Assembly (NCBI GenBank): GCA_035254945.1
Contig: DATFAE010000022.1
Coordinates: forward strand, 7,691-71,690
From: Arthrobacter sp.
GTDB lineage: Bacteria; Actinomycetota; Actinomycetes; Actinomycetales; Micrococcaceae
DNA: 64,000 bases
Direction of reading: 5' to 3'
The number at the start of each line of letters is the position of its first letter. Positions within the stretch are counted from its first letter, which is position 1. The notes under the pieces are model-generated. The model was given only the letters and a program-made list of their open reading frames with translations, did not search any database and was not told where the DNA came from. Positions 38,622-49,674 of this stretch are shown here, piece after piece. The translations under genes were made by a program, and so were the position numbers.

Positions 38622-39914
38622 TCATAATCTACCGGCAGCCTTCAGCCGGATGTACATGTCCGCAAGCCGCGGCGGCAACTGATGCGGTTCGGCATCCACC
38701 ACCTCCACCCCGTGCTGGCGGAGCTGGGCGCTCACGGCCTCACGTTCCAGCAGGGCACGTTCGGCGGCTGCAGCCCGGAAGACGCCGGCGGCGGTGTCCC
38801 GCTCCTTCAGCATCTGCCCCAGCAGCGGATCGCGCACAGCTGCCACCACCACAACGTGCTGCCGGGCCAGCCGCGTGGCCACGGGGATAAGCCCTTCTTC
38901 CGGGGCCCCGCCTTCGAGGGATGTCAGGAGCACCACCAGCGAGCGGTGGGCCGAGACTGCCCTGACCTGTCCCGGGATCCCTTGCCAGTCCATCTCGATC
39001 AGTTCGGCCTGAAGCGGGGCCATTGCCTGCACCAGTTGGCCCAGGAGGTTCCCCGACGCCGCTGATCCCGCCCTGGCGCGGGGGCGCCGGTCGAAGGCGA
39101 GGAAGTCAACCCTGTCGCCGCCGCGTTCAGCCAGGACTGCCAGCAGCAGGGCGGCCTCCATCCCGGTGTCCAGGCGTGGTTCGTCGTCGATCCGTGCCGC
39201 CGAGGTGCGTGAAGTGTCCAGCACAATGACCACGCGCCGGTCCCGCTCCGGCCGCCAGGTACGGACGACGACGGCGGAACGCCGGGCGGTTGCCCGCCAG
39301 TCAATTGACCGGACGTCATCGCCGCGGACATAGTCCCGCAGCGAGTCGAACTCAGTGCCCGCACCGCGGATCTGCACGGCCGCCTTCCCGTCCAGTTCGC
39401 GCAGTTTCCGCAACTTGGACGGCAGATGCCGGCGGGAGTGGAACGGCGGCAGGACGCTGAGGGAGCCGGGGCAGGGCATGGTTCGCTGGCGGGCCGCAAG
39501 CAGGAGGGGTCCGTAGGAGCGGAGCGTGATGTGCGGGGCCAACAGGATCCCGCGCCTGACCGGACGGAGCGTTACCCGCGCGCGCCGGCGCTCTCCGGCC
39601 GGGACGTCCAACGGCTGGACAGGTTCCCCGGCCCCGGCCGAGGGCTGCCAGGCGTCCCGGATGAACCCACGCAGCCGGCGGTTGCCCTGGTTGCGGACCG
39701 TCAGGACTGAATGCGCCACACTGTTCAGGGTCACGTGGCCAGGATCCTGGCGCTCGACGTCGACGGTGCGCAGGGATGCGGCCAGGGCAAGTTCGACGAC
39801 CAGAAGTGCCGAGAGCACCCCGAGGACGCCCAGGACCGTCCCCCATCCGGGCAGTAACAGCAGCGGCAACAGTCCCAGCAGGGCCAGGACCACAAAGCGC
39901 CCGGAGAGAGCCAT
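38622..39914 (-). CDS. DUF58 / vWA-like protein
   Basis: GTEFDSLRDYVRGDDVRSIDWRATAR, WRPERDR, VLDTSRTS. Confidence 0.9.
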   Translation of the reverse strand: MALSGRFVVLALLGLLPLLLLPGWGTVLGVLGVLSALLVVELALAASLRTVDVERQDPGHVTLNSVAHSVLTVRNQGNRRLRGFIRDAWQPSAGAGEPVQPLDVPAGERRRARVTLRPVRRGILLAPHITLRSYGPLLLAARQRTMPCPGSLSVLPPFHSRRHLPSKLRKLRELDGKAAVQIRGAGTEFDSLRDYVRGDDVRSIDWRATARRSAVVVRTWRPERDRRVVIVLDTSRTSAARIDDEPRLDTGMEAALLLAVLAERGGDRVDFLAFDRRPRARAGSAASGNLLGQLVQAMAPLQAELIEMDWQGIPGQVRAVSAHRSLVVLLTSLEGGAPEEGLIPVATRLARQHVVVVAAVRDPLLGQMLKERDTAAGVFRAAAAERALLEREAVSAQLRQHGVEVVDAEPHQLPPRLADMYIRLKAAGRL

Positions 39915-39919
39915 CCCGG

Positions 39920-40915
39920 TCAGCGGGGAACGGCCACGGAGGCCAGGATCCCGGTCAGCACGTCATCCACCCGGACTCCGTCCATTTGGGCTTCGGGATG
40001 CAGGGCCACGCGGTGCCGGAGGCAGGGCAACGCCAGGGCCTTGACGTCGTCGGGGGTGATGAAGCTCCGGCCGGACAGCCAGGCCCAGGCCCGGGAAGTG
40101 TTCAGCAATGCTGTCGCACCCCGTGGAGAGACACCGAGCTGGAATGAAGGAGCCGCCCTGGTGGCGCGGACCAGGTCCACGATGTAGCCGATGATCTCAG
40201 GTTCGACGGCGACGTGGGCCACCGCTTGCCGTGCCCGCTCAAGGTCCTGGGCCCCGGCGACGGCGCGGACACCGGCGGCGGCCAGGTCCCGGGGACTGAA
40301 CCCGGATGCGTGCCGCCGGATTACCTCCATCTCCTCCGAACGGCTCGGAAGCGGCATGGTGAGCTTGAGCAGGAAGCGGTCCAGCTGGGCCTCCGGGAGG
40401 GGGTAGGTGCCCTCGTACTCCACCGGGTTCTGCGTCGCGGCCACCAGGAAAGGCGCAGGCAAAGGCCGGGAGACTCCATCCACCGAGACCTGGCGTTCCT
40501 CCATGGCCTCAAGCAGCGAGGCCTGCGTTTTGGGGGGAGTGCGGTTGATTTCGTCCGCGAGCAGGATGTTCGTGAAGACCGGCCCCTCCCGGAAGCTGAA
40601 CTCGGAGCTGTGCGAGTCATACACCAGGGATCCCGTGACATCTCCGGGCATCAGATCCGGGGTGAACTGCACGCGCTTGGTGTCCAGGCTCAACGATGCC
40701 GAGAGGGCGCGCACCAGCAGCGTCTTGGCGACACCCGGCACGCCTTCGAGCAGCACATGTCCCTGGGCGAGCAGGGCGATCAGCATCCCGGTAACGGTGG
40801 AGTCCTGGCCGACAACGGCTTTGGCCACCTCGTTACGGACGTCCAGGAGTGCCTGCCGCGCGGGATCGTGCTGCAGGGGGTCCAGGATCTGCGGGCCGCG
40901 GAGCTGTTCGTTCAT
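39920..40915 (-). CDS. moxR: MoxR family AAA+ ATPase
   Basis: HVLLEGVPGVAKT, QFTPDLMPGD, LADEINRTPPKTQASLLEAM, ATQNPVEYEGTYPLPEAQLDRF; ATGA overlap with the upstream gene. Confidence 0.93.
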   Translation of the reverse strand: MNEQLRGPQILDPLQHDPARQALLDVRNEVAKAVVGQDSTVTGMLIALLAQGHVLLEGVPGVAKTLLVRALSASLSLDTKRVQFTPDLMPGDVTGSLVYDSHSSEFSFREGPVFTNILLADEINRTPPKTQASLLEAMEERQVSVDGVSRPLPAPFLVAATQNPVEYEGTYPLPEAQLDRFLLKLTMPLPSRSEEMEVIRRHASGFSPRDLAAAGVRAVAGAQDLERARQAVAHVAVEPEIIGYIVDLVRATRAAPSFQLGVSPRGATALLNTSRAWAWLSGRSFITPDDVKALALPCLRHRVALHPEAQMDGVRVDDVLTGILASVAVPR

Positions 40916-42114
40916 CGGGTCCTTACCTCGTTCTCTAGTTCGTCCAGTTCCCGGGACCATCGCACCAGCCTGGCTTCGTTCGGGGGCCGTTCATTGATCA
41001 GTTCCTGGATGCCGCCGTCCGGCCGGTCCAAAGTCCGGGCCACGGCACGGGCAACGTCGTCGGCCGAGGCATCGGGCCCCAGCCTGAGTTCCTTCGCCAA
41101 CCTGACCAGTGTTCCCGCCCGGAGGTTGTCGCGGGCGCGGTCCACGGCATGCGAATCGTGGTAGAGGCGCGCCCGGCCCTCAGCCGTTTCGGCGGCCTTG
41201 ACCACCACGGGCAGCGGTTCAAGGACAAGCGGACCAAAGCGCCGGCCGCGCCAGACCATGGCGAGCACGGCGACGAACACCAGCCACGGACCGAGGAACG
41301 CCACCCAGCCGGGAGCGAGTTCGTCGAGCGTTCGGGCGGACCCGGCCCTGCTCACGTCAGCCAGCCCGGGAAGGTACCAGACGAGGTCCTTCGAACCTCC
41401 GAGTGTCCGCAGCGCAAGGGCCGCATGGCCGCGCTCATCGAGCCCCGCGTTGTTGATCAGCGTGGTACTTCCCAGGACGGTCAGCGTACCGTCTTCGGTG
41501 GATGCGAGCAGGCCGGCTTCTGAACCCGGCGGCCGGTAACACACAGTGCTTTCGCCTTCGCTGACGTACAGGAAGCCGGACTCTCCGGAGACCGTTCCGG
41601 CTGTTTCAGCATCGGCGTTCCAGCAACCGGGCTCCAGTGTGGGGGATGATTCCGGGACGACTCCGGCCTGGCTGATTCCGGCGTCCAGGGCGGCCAGGGT
41701 GCTCAGCCGCGGCGTCACGAGCACCACGCGCGTCGCTTCGACAGTCAGCTGTTCCAGCTGTGAGCGGTCGAGGAAGCCGTTCCGGTCGTACAGCAGCAGC
41801 GTTGAATCCGTGCCGGCCTGCAGGGCAGCCAGTGCCGCGCCGAAAGATTCGACGCTGTCCACGTTTACGCCGTGCCGGCCCAGGATTTCGCCCGCGGCGC
41901 GGCCGCCGTCCGGCCCTGCGTTGCGGATGGACAGGGGAACGGAGTCACCTTTGGGGGCCAGCTGGGTGAAGATCACCACCACCAGCGTGACGGCCAACAC
42001 CGCCGCCGCCAGCGCAGGACCGCGGTGGCGCCGCACCCAGCCCGGCGGGCCGGCAGGCCCACGCGGCCGCTCCTCACGGGAGGTCCCGGTGCCCGCACCA
42101 AGGTCCGCGGTCAT
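40912..42114 (-). CDS. DUF4350 domain membrane protein
   Basis: N-terminal TM helix, NAGPDGGRAA, NAGL..GHAALAL, RGRRFGPLV.EPLPVVV.AAET.EGRARLY. Confidence 0.82.
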   Translation of the reverse strand: MTADLGAGTGTSREERPRGPAGPPGWVRRHRGPALAAAVLAVTLVVVIFTQLAPKGDSVPLSIRNAGPDGGRAAGEILGRHGVNVDSVESFGAALAALQAGTDSTLLLYDRNGFLDRSQLEQLTVEATRVVLVTPRLSTLAALDAGISQAGVVPESSPTLEPGCWNADAETAGTVSGESGFLYVSEGESTVCYRPPGSEAGLLASTEDGTLTVLGSTTLINNAGLDERGHAALALRTLGGSKDLVWYLPGLADVSRAGSARTLDELAPGWVAFLGPWLVFVAVLAMVWRGRRFGPLVLEPLPVVVKAAETAEGRARLYHDSHAVDRARDNLRAGTLVRLAKELRLGPDASADDVARAVARTLDRPDGGIQELINERPPNEARLVRWSRELDELENEVRTR

Positions 42115-42752
42115 GGGGCAACCGCATCGTATGCCGGAGCGTCCCCGGGCTTGAGCGACTGCAGCGAAACATCGAGCGCCGTCATGGCATCAAAGTCCGC
42201 GCTGTCCGCGGAACCGTGTCCGTAGCGGATCCGGTCGAACGTCCTGGCGGCCCAGTCAAGCCGCCGGGCCTCGGGAACAAAAACAGCGGCGAGTTCGCGG
42301 GCCACTTCGCCTGCGGTCCTGCCGGGCCTGGCATCAAGTATGTTCCGGTCTTCGGCAGCACGGACCAGCGCGCGGAAACAGTGCACGACGGCGGCACCCC
42401 AGTCTCCCCGGCTGGCAGCGGCTGCAGCGCTTGCACGGTAGTCCGGGGCACTTACGGACGTGTCGTCGTCGAACACTTCCTGCTGGTTCTTCGGGCGGGC
42501 GTTCAGGCGGGGACGGGCCACGATGATGGCGGCGGCGATCAGCACCGCGATCACCACGCCGGTCAGTGGTGCCGCGACATTTCCTTCCACGCCGGACGGG
42601 CCGTCCAGGGAGGCCAGCCAGTCCAGGAAGCTGCGCCACAGTCCATCCAGCCAGCCAGGCTCAGCGTTTCGGTACTCGGGTTTGGCCAATTCCTCGACAG
42701 CCCAGCGGCGGGCTTCGTCAGCTTCGGGCAGGACCGGAGGTTCAGCGGACAT
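42111..42752 (-). CDS. DUF4129 domain protein
   Basis: EARRWAVEEL..PEY, TM helix, GDWGAAV..FRALVR, PGRTAGE, FDRIRYG; start reassigned to ATG 42752. Confidence 0.78.
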   Translation of the reverse strand: MSAEPPVLPEADEARRWAVEELAKPEYRNAEPGWLDGLWRSFLDWLASLDGPSGVEGNVAAPLTGVVIAVLIAAAIIVARPRLNARPKNQQEVFDDDTSVSAPDYRASAAAAASRGDWGAAVVHCFRALVRAAEDRNILDARPGRTAGEVARELAAVFVPEARRLDWAARTFDRIRYGHGSADSADFDAMTALDVSLQSLKPGDAPAYDAVAP

Positions 42753-44007
42753 CAGGCCAGGTGCGGTACTCAGGTCCTGCACCGTTGGCGGGACCACCCT
42801 GTCCGGGGCGCCCGTGCACCGGGATGCCGCGGCCGGGAACGCCGTCCGGGTCGGCGCCGGATTCCAGCAGGCGCAGGAGCGAGATGTCCAGGCCATCCTT
42901 CCGCATCCGCAGGTCAAGGTAGAGCAGTGCCATCACGGCGGTCTGGAACGCGTAACCGACGCCGCCCACAAGGGCGGTGACAATGGCAGTGATCACGGCG
43001 ATTGCCACGGCGGCCGCTATTGCCTGGTCCGTGCCGCCATGGGGCGAGACCACGGACGTATAGAACGCGGGAAGCAGGCTGACAGGGATGGTTACCACCT
43101 GGGCGATGATGCCCACCATGATGGCCACAACCAAGGTGATTCCCAGGGCTCTCCACCAGTTTCCCCGGGTCAGCTGCCAGGACCTGCGGAGCCCGTCCAC
43201 CGCGCCCAGTTCCTCGATAACAACAGCGGCGGGGGCCACGAGGATTTTGACATAGATCCAGATGGCCAGGGCGACGCCGCCGAATCCGAGGGGAATCAGG
43301 ATGAGCGCGCCAAGTCCACCCACTGCAGCGACCACGAGGACTGCCAGGCCCACAAAGAGCGCCGCGCCCAGCAGCCAGCCAAGCACCATGAGGCAGGCAA
43401 GCCGGATCAATGCGCCGGCACGTGAGCGGGCCAGCGCCCACATCTGCCGGAAGCCGGTGGTGCGATTAAGGACGGAACGGGCCACAGGCACCACCATGGC
43501 GCCTTGGAGGACTGCCGAAAGAAAAACCGTCAGGACCGATACCAGCAAGACCGCGGCAAGGAAAACCAAACCCGCTGAGACCATGTCCTGTTCATTCAGG
43601 CTCTCGATCCAGGTTTCCAGGGAGGCCGCCGACACGACGGATCCGGCGGTGAGCACGGCCGTCAGCACAACCGCCAGCGACTGGGCAAGCAGTGCCGCTC
43701 CCAGCATGGCCCTGGCGTTGCGCCGGATGGTCTGGAAGGACCCGTCGATGATCTCGCCGAACATCAGCGGGCGCAACGGAATAATGCCGGGCTTGGGCGG
43801 GGCAATGTACTGCGGCTGCCGGTAGGGCGGCGGGCCGCCGCCCGGGTTGAAGGGCGGCTGTCCCCACTGCGGTGGATGCGGCGGTCCGGCGGGCGGACCC
43901 CACACAGGCCGGCCGTCCCAGTGGGGCGGGCCGGAACCGGGTTGCGGCTGCCATGGCTGCCCGCCGCCGCGTGGCGGCTGGTGCATGTTCGGATCCTGTG
44001 GTGACAA
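42742..44007 (-). CDS. Pro-rich multi-pass membrane protein (Rv3689-like / GDPD membrane-domain-like)
   Basis: PKPGIIPLRPL.FGEI.DG.F, several TM helices, LRRSWQLTRGNWWR, LLYLDLRMRKDGLD. Confidence 0.78.
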   Translation of the reverse strand: MSPQDPNMHQPPRGGGQPWQPQPGSGPPHWDGRPVWGPPAGPPHPPQWGQPPFNPGGGPPPYRQPQYIAPPKPGIIPLRPLMFGEIIDGSFQTIRRNARAMLGAALLAQSLAVVLTAVLTAGSVVSAASLETWIESLNEQDMVSAGLVFLAAVLLVSVLTVFLSAVLQGAMVVPVARSVLNRTTGFRQMWALARSRAGALIRLACLMVLGWLLGAALFVGLAVLVVAAVGGLGALILIPLGFGGVALAIWIYVKILVAPAAVVIEELGAVDGLRRSWQLTRGNWWRALGITLVVAIMVGIIAQVVTIPVSLLPAFYTSVVSPHGGTDQAIAAAVAIAVITAIVTALVGGVGYAFQTAVMALLYLDLRMRKDGLDISLLRLLESGADPDGVPGRGIPVHGRPGQGGPANGAGPEYRTWPDVR

Positions 44008-44196
44008 CCTGTTCCTTCCCCCGGGCGGAACCGGACGCTTGCTGACGGGCGCCGTTGCCGCAGTTCAGGGGCGAAGGCGTCCGGCACGGCCGGCACGGTC
44101 CCAGCCTATAGTTCAGGGGACCGGCGTCATAGCGCTGCGCCATGCCGTGGCGGCGATCAACACGACAAAGGGTGGGCAATAAGGGAATATATAACT

Positions 44197-44871
44197 ATGA
44201 AGGCACGCATTCTGGTAGTTGATGATGACGAAGCGCTGGCCGAAATGATCGGAATTGTTTTGCGCAATGACGGCTTCGAGCCGGTCTTTTGCGCTGACGG
44301 CGGCCAGGCGCTGGATGTGTTCCGTTCATCGAAGCCGGACCTCGTGCTGCTCGACCTGATGCTCCCCGGCATGGATGGCATCGAAGTCTGCCGGCAGATC
44401 CGTTCCGAATCAGACGTGCCCATCGTGATGCTCACCGCAAAGTCGGACACGTCCGACGTCGTCCGCGGACTCGAGTCCGGCGCCGACGACTACGTCCCGA
44501 AGCCTTTCAAACCGGCTGAGCTGGTGGCACGGGTCAGGGCGCGGCTGAGGCCGGGCGACCAGAAGGCACCGGAAACCCTCCGGATCGCCGACGTCACCAT
44601 TGATGTGGCCGGACACACCGTCAGCCGCGGAAACGAACGTATTTCACTGACCCCGCTGGAGTTCGACCTGCTCGTCGCCCTGGCCCGGAAACCGTGGCAG
44701 GTCTTTACCCGGGAGCTGCTGCTGGAGCAGGTCTGGGGCTACCGCCACGCCGCGGATACACGGCTGGTCAACGTCCATGTGCAGCGCCTCCGGTCAAAAA
44801 TCGAGCGGGACCCGGAGGCCCCGGAAGTTGTATTGACGGTTCGTGGTGTCGGCTACAAAGCAGGTTCCTGA
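44197..44871 (+). CDS. mtrA: OmpR-family response regulator MtrA
   Basis: ILVVDDDEALAEMIGIVL, LLDLMLPG, LTAKSDT, GADDYVPKPF, LEQVWGYRHAADTRLVNVHVQRLR. Confidence 0.96.
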   Translation: MKARILVVDDDEALAEMIGIVLRNDGFEPVFCADGGQALDVFRSSKPDLVLLDLMLPGMDGIEVCRQIRSESDVPIVMLTAKSDTSDVVRGLESGADDYVPKPFKPAELVARVRARLRPGDQKAPETLRIADVTIDVAGHTVSRGNERISLTPLEFDLLVALARKPWQVFTRELLLEQVWGYRHAADTRLVNVHVQRLRSKIERDPEAPEVVLTVRGVGYKAGS

Positions 44872-46795
44872 CCCCTCAGGAGCAGATCGCGGGCACGTAC
44901 CGGACGTACCCGCAGCGGAGCACGCTGCACGTCCGGAAGAACACCCCGGTGCCCCGGAACACACGGATTCCCTGGCGGCCGGCCTCGAACAGCTGCCGTT
45001 CCGGGCCCGCATCTGGAGGCGCCGGGCGATCATTGTCAGCCTGCGCGTTGCCCGCCTGGTCCGCACGGGCATCAGCCGGTTCTTTCCTGCCCTGCGCTAC
45101 ATTGTGCGGTCGCTGCACCGCCGGTGGCGCCGGTCGCTGCAGTTCCGGACAGTACTGACAACGCTGTTGCTCGCGGTAACGTCGTTTGCCGTGGTGGGCG
45201 CGTACCTCTCGAACCAGATCGCCAACAACCTGTTCCAGGAGCGCCTGACCCAGGCGGAGTCCGAGACCCGCTACAACGTCAAGCAGGTCCAGGACACCTT
45301 TGACGGGGCCCAGGTCACGGACCAGTCCAGCGTCATCACCCTGGTCTACGACACCCTGAACGCGGTCGAGGGCAGGGGCTCGGTGATCCAACGGCGGTAC
45401 GTTTTTGAGGCCATGCCGCAGCAGACGAAACCCCGCAACCGCTGGGTGGAATCCCGGGCCTCGGACCAGCTCACGGTCAGCGTGATCCCGCCGGACCTGC
45501 GCAAGGCGGTGCAGGAATCCGGCAAGGACCAGTACTGGGCCTCAACTGTCATTCCGGTAGGCACCGAGGACCGGCCAGGCATTGCCGTTGGCAACAAGGT
45601 GACGTTCAACGGAACCGTGTATGAGCTCTACCTGATCTACGACCTGAACACCGCGCAGCAGACCCTCGACGAAATCCAAAGCGTGCTCTGGGCCGGCGGT
45701 GCCGTCCTGGTCCTAATGATCGGGGCGATTGCCTGGTATGTCACGCGCAACGTGGTCAGCCCGGTCAGCCATGCCGCCGTCGTCTCCGAAAAACTGGCAG
45801 CAGGCCAGTTGCAGGAACGCATGGTGGTCAAGGGCGAGGACGAGGTGGCCCGCCTCGGCGCCTCCTTTAACCACATGGCGGCCAGCCTGCAGGAACAGAT
45901 CACCCAACTGGCCACCCTGTCCCAGATGCAGCAGCGGTTCGTCTCGGACGTTTCCCACGAACTGCGGACTCCGCTGACCACCGTGCGGATGGCCGCGGAA
46001 GTGCTGTTCGATGCCCGCCACGATTTCGACCCCATCAACAAACGCTCCGCCGAACTGCTGTACAACCAGGTCGAGAGGTTCCAGTCCCTGCTGTCGGACC
46101 TTCTGGAGATTTCGCGCTTCGACGCCGGGGTGGCCATGCTTGACGCTGAGCCGGAGGACATCCTGCAGGTCATCGCCCATGTCATCGAAGGTGCGGCGCC
46201 GGTGGCCGCCGAATATGGTTCGGAGATCATCCTTCGGGCACCGGCCGACGGGATTGTGGTGGAGATGGACTCACGCCGGATCGACAGGATTCTGCGGAAC
46301 CTTATCCTGAACGCCGTCGAACACGGGGAAGGAAAACCAGTGACAATCACGGTGGCCGCCAACCAGACCGCCGTCGGAGTGGCCGTCCGGGACCACGGCA
46401 TTGGCATGACGCCGGCGGAAGCCGCGCGCGTGTTCGACAGGTTCTGGCGGGCCGACCCCGCCCGTGCACGGACCACCGGCGGCAGCGGGCTGGGGTTGTC
46501 CATTGCCATGGAGGACACCAAACTCCACAACGGCTGGCTGCAGGCATGGGGGAACAAGGGCAGCGGAGCCAACTTCCGGCTGACCGTCCCCCTCCGGCAG
46601 GGTGAAGAGATCGACAGGTCGCCGGTGCAGCTGGAGCCGGAGGACATCGTGCTGCCGGGTGGACGGGAGGACAGGAATATCCTGCTCCTCGGTTCAGGCC
46701 CTGCGGCCCGGCCCGGCGAGACTGAAGAGATCCGCGGAGAGGCGCCCCCGCCTTCAAAGACCGCGGTGCACGTCCCGCCCAAGGGGACGTCATGA
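44843..46795 (+). CDS. mtrB: Sensor histidine kinase MtrB (start uncertain, may be downstream)
   Basis: [64 protein letters not shown]. Confidence 0.93.
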   Translation: MVSATKQVPDPSGADRGHVPDVPAAEHAARPEEHPGAPEHTDSLAAGLEQLPFRARIWRRRAIIVSLRVARLVRTGISRFFPALRYIVRSLHRRWRRSLQFRTVLTTLLLAVTSFAVVGAYLSNQIANNLFQERLTQAESETRYNVKQVQDTFDGAQVTDQSSVITLVYDTLNAVEGRGSVIQRRYVFEAMPQQTKPRNRWVESRASDQLTVSVIPPDLRKAVQESGKDQYWASTVIPVGTEDRPGIAVGNKVTFNGTVYELYLIYDLNTAQQTLDEIQSVLWAGGAVLVLMIGAIAWYVTRNVVSPVSHAAVVSEKLAAGQLQERMVVKGEDEVARLGASFNHMAASLQEQITQLATLSQMQQRFVSDVSHELRTPLTTVRMAAEVLFDARHDFDPINKRSAELLYNQVERFQSLLSDLLEISRFDAGVAMLDAEPEDILQVIAHVIEGAAPVAAEYGSEIILRAPADGIVVEMDSRRIDRILRNLILNAVEHGEGKPVTITVAANQTAVGVAVRDHGIGMTPAEAARVFDRFWRADPARARTTGGSGLGLSIAMEDTKLHNGWLQAWGNKGSGANFRLTVPLRQGEEIDRSPVQLEPEDIVLPGGREDRNILLLGSGPAARPGETEEIRGEAPPPSKTAVHVPPKGTS

Positions 46796-48510
46796 CCGGA
46801 CCGCAGCCGCGCCGCGGCCACCGGGCGGCCGTCCTCGTGCTGATGCTGGTTCTTCTCGTGGCCGGCTGCGCGCGGATCCCGACGGCCGGACCGGTGGGGA
46901 AGAGCACCGATGAAAGCGCCGGAAACCTTAACGCGCCCGTCTTCCTGCCGGCAGCGCCGCAGCCTGGCGCTGCGCCCGAGACCATCATTGAGGACTTTTA
47001 CCGTGCCGGCAGCGGCTACGAGGACGACTACGCAGTGGCGCGCGAATACCTCACCCAGGCATCATCGGTGGCCTGGAAGCCGGACCAGCGCGCCTTGGTG
47101 TACCGGGCGGCGCGGGTGGTGCGCACAGCCGTCGAAAACGTCTACAACTATGAGCTGGACGTTGCCTATACCGTCGACGCCGACGGGATCGCAACGCAGA
47201 CACCCGAGGGCACCACCGAGAACATCCCGGCCACGGTCACCCAGGTGGACGGCGAATGGCGGATCTCGGCCATCCCGGACGGAACCGCCATCCCGGAGGA
47301 AACCTTCAAAGTGATCTACGGCGCGTATCCGATCTACTTCTATGACCCGAGTTTCACCTACGCCGTTCCCGACGTCCGCTGGTTCATCAAGAACAAAACC
47401 GTCAAGGCAATGACCAGCGCCTTGCTCGCCGGTCCTGCTCCCTACCTCCGCGGTGCTGTGGTCAGTGCGTTCCCATCCGGCATCAAACTCGCCAGGGAGT
47501 CCGTCCCCGTGGTGTCCGGCGCCGCGCAGGTGGACCTGACGGCCAAGGAGCTGTCGGAAGCTTCCACGGAGGACAGGCTGAGGATGCAGACCCAGCTTGC
47601 GCTGACCTTCCGCAGCCAGCCGGACGTGGTGAACGTTGAGCTGCGTGCCAACCAGGACCTGGTCCGCGTAGAGGACAACGGCTCGGTCCTGCCTCCTGTC
47701 CAGAATAAAGGCGTCCCGGCCCGCCAGATCGCCGTCAGCGGCAATGAGCTGGTGCGCTACGAGAACAACCGTGTATCGCCCCTTCCGGACATGCAGCCCG
47801 TGTCTGCACTGGGTCCCCGGTATCCGGCGGAATCACCGGTGTCCCAGACAGTGGCGTTCCTGAATGAAAGCAGGACCACGCTGTACAGCATGGTTCCGGG
47901 CCAGCCCGCGAGGGCGCTCACCACACGCAGCACGCTCACGCATCCCACCTTCAGCCTCCATGACTGGGTGTGGACCGCCGGGCCGGGGGCTTCCGGCGGC
48001 ACGGAAATCGCTGCCTACCGGCCCGTTGGGGTGGCGGAAGGCGCCGCCGTGCCCAACGTCACGCTGGCGCCGTCCTGGCTTGCCGGCAGGACGGTGAAGG
48101 ACCTGAGGGTCTCCCGTGAAGGCGTGCGCGTGCTGGTGATCTCCGAACAGAACGGAAAGACCCGGGTCCAGGTTGCCGGGATCATCCGTGCCGCCGACGG
48201 CACGCCCAAGGAGTTGACGCCGCCCATTACGCTCGCGACCGCGACTGAACCGGACCAGGGCGTCTGGGTGAGCGACACCGTGGTGGCGGTCATGAAGGGC
48301 TCGGCAGCGGCGAACGTGACACCCGAGCTGCTGTCGCTGACCTCTGGTCAGCCGCAGCAGTTGGCGCCCTGGCCCGGTCTGGTGGCACTCAGCGCGGGCA
48401 ACGGCACCGAGGAGATCTATGGACAATCTTCCGACGGTATCTTCCAGCGGCTGGGCAACGGCTGGTCTCCGCAGCTCAAGGGCCCCGTTGACCCCTCGTA
48501 TGCAGGCTGA
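46792..48510 (+). CDS. lpqB: Lipoprotein LpqB (GerMN and beta-propeller)
   Basis: Lipobox VAGC, YLT...WKP, GEWRI, YFYDP..VPDVRW; follows mtrAB. Confidence 0.9.
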   Translation: MTGPQPRRGHRAAVLVLMLVLLVAGCARIPTAGPVGKSTDESAGNLNAPVFLPAAPQPGAAPETIIEDFYRAGSGYEDDYAVAREYLTQASSVAWKPDQRALVYRAARVVRTAVENVYNYELDVAYTVDADGIATQTPEGTTENIPATVTQVDGEWRISAIPDGTAIPEETFKVIYGAYPIYFYDPSFTYAVPDVRWFIKNKTVKAMTSALLAGPAPYLRGAVVSAFPSGIKLARESVPVVSGAAQVDLTAKELSEASTEDRLRMQTQLALTFRSQPDVVNVELRANQDLVRVEDNGSVLPPVQNKGVPARQIAVSGNELVRYENNRVSPLPDMQPVSALGPRYPAESPVSQTVAFLNESRTTLYSMVPGQPARALTTRSTLTHPTFSLHDWVWTAGPGASGGTEIAAYRPVGVAEGAAVPNVTLAPSWLAGRTVKDLRVSREGVRVLVISEQNGKTRVQVAGIIRAADGTPKELTPPITLATATEPDQGVWVSDTVVAVMKGSAAANVTPELLSLTSGQPQQLAPWPGLVALSAGNGTEEIYGQSSDGIFQRLGNGWSPQLKGPVDPSYAG

Positions 48511-48526
48511 CCGAAGGTAGCCGGAC

Positions 48527-48565
48527 CTTTCCACGCAGGAACTGTCCACCTTGGACTTTTCCACA
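48527..48565 (+). promoter_or_regulatory. Three DnaA-box-like nonamers at 15-bp spacing upstream of comF
   Basis: CTTTCCACG (48527), CTGTCCACC (48542), TTTTCCACA (48557). Confidence 0.45.
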
Positions 48566-48616
48566 TAGGAGGTCCCGGCACTTCACCGGCAGACTCCGGG
48601 ACGGGAGCATAAGGGG

Positions 48617-49558
48617 GTGTCCGCAACAGCACCGGCCCAGGGCCAGGACCGTCCCCGCGGTCCGTTCCCCGTCGATCCGGACCTCCGGCCGCCGTCATTG
48701 CAGCCCGCACGGCACAGGGGAGTACATCGCGGGCGGCTTCTTCGTGCGGTGGACCACGGTGCTGCTGCAGTGGCGGAGCTGCTGGCGCTGGCAGTGCCCG
48801 TTGACTGTGTCTGCTGTGGCGCGGAAGACCTGGTCCTTTGTGTGGCCTGTGAGCGACGCGTCAGGCAGTTGACGCGTCACCCGTTCAGGGCGGAAGCGCA
48901 GGCCCCGGCCCTGATGGATATCGACGGCGGTGTGATACTTCCCGTCGTCGCTGCAGGGGTTTACCGCGACGAACTCGCGCAGGCCGTCCTTTCATTCAAG
49001 GGCCACGGCCAGTACCAGCTCCGGCGGGTCCTGGCATGCGCCCTGGCCCGTGCCATCGCCGCAGCAGTGAATCACGATGACCGTATAGCGCTGGTGCCGG
49101 TGCCCAGCAGCACCGGTGCGTTCGTGCGGAGGGGCTTCAGCCCTGTACATCTGCTGCTGGGTTCTCCTGCCACCGGCAGCTTGTTGGGCGGCACGACGCT
49201 GTTGGACGTGCTGCGGAAGTCCCATCGCCGCATGGGACCGGGCGGCCTCCCCGGCGGCCAAAAGGGCCTGGGCCGCGGAGCCCGCGCCAGCCGTGTCCGG
49301 GGATCGATGCGGGTGCCGCAGCGGAAGCTCGACGCCGCGGCGGGCCGCAGGTGCATCATCGTCGACGACGTCCTGACTACCGGTGCAACGCTCGCCGAAG
49401 CGGCCCGCGCACTGCACGCTGGCGGGGCCGTTGTGGCCGGCGCAGTGGTCCTCGCCGCGACACGCGCGCCCGATTCAGCTGGCGGCGGAACCGCATCCGC
49501 GGAAGCTGGCGGAAACGGGCCTGACTTAGAAAAAAATAAACGAAGAAAGGATGAATAA
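48617..49558 (+). CDS. comF: ComF family protein (Zn ribbon and PRT domain)
   Basis: CVCC..LCVAC, VLSFKGHG, LVPVPSS..RRGF, CIIVDDVLTTGATL. Confidence 0.88.
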   Translation: MSATAPAQGQDRPRGPFPVDPDLRPPSLQPARHRGVHRGRLLRAVDHGAAAVAELLALAVPVDCVCCGAEDLVLCVACERRVRQLTRHPFRAEAQAPALMDIDGGVILPVVAAGVYRDELAQAVLSFKGHGQYQLRRVLACALARAIAAAVNHDDRIALVPVPSSTGAFVRRGFSPVHLLLGSPATGSLLGGTTLLDVLRKSHRRMGPGGLPGGQKGLGRGARASRVRGSMRVPQRKLDAAAGRRCIIVDDVLTTGATLAEAARALHAGGAVVAGAVVLAATRAPDSAGGGTASAEAGGNGPDLEKNKRRKDE

Positions 49559-49611
49559 CCCGTGGCTATGAACTAACGTCGGTTGTGGGTACCAAGAACA
49601 GATGTACCTGT

Positions 49612-49674
49612 CGATAGCGGCTCGGAAAGGGGCTCGACTGTCAAGCAGATCGGCCCTCGGAAGTGCCGCCGTCG
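49612..49674 (+). ncRNA. Structured hpf/raiA leader (raiA-hairpin candidate)
   Basis: Outer stem CGATAGCGGC/GCCGCCGTCG, symmetric internal loop with CGGAA on both sides, inner stem 49629-49657. Confidence 0.45.
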
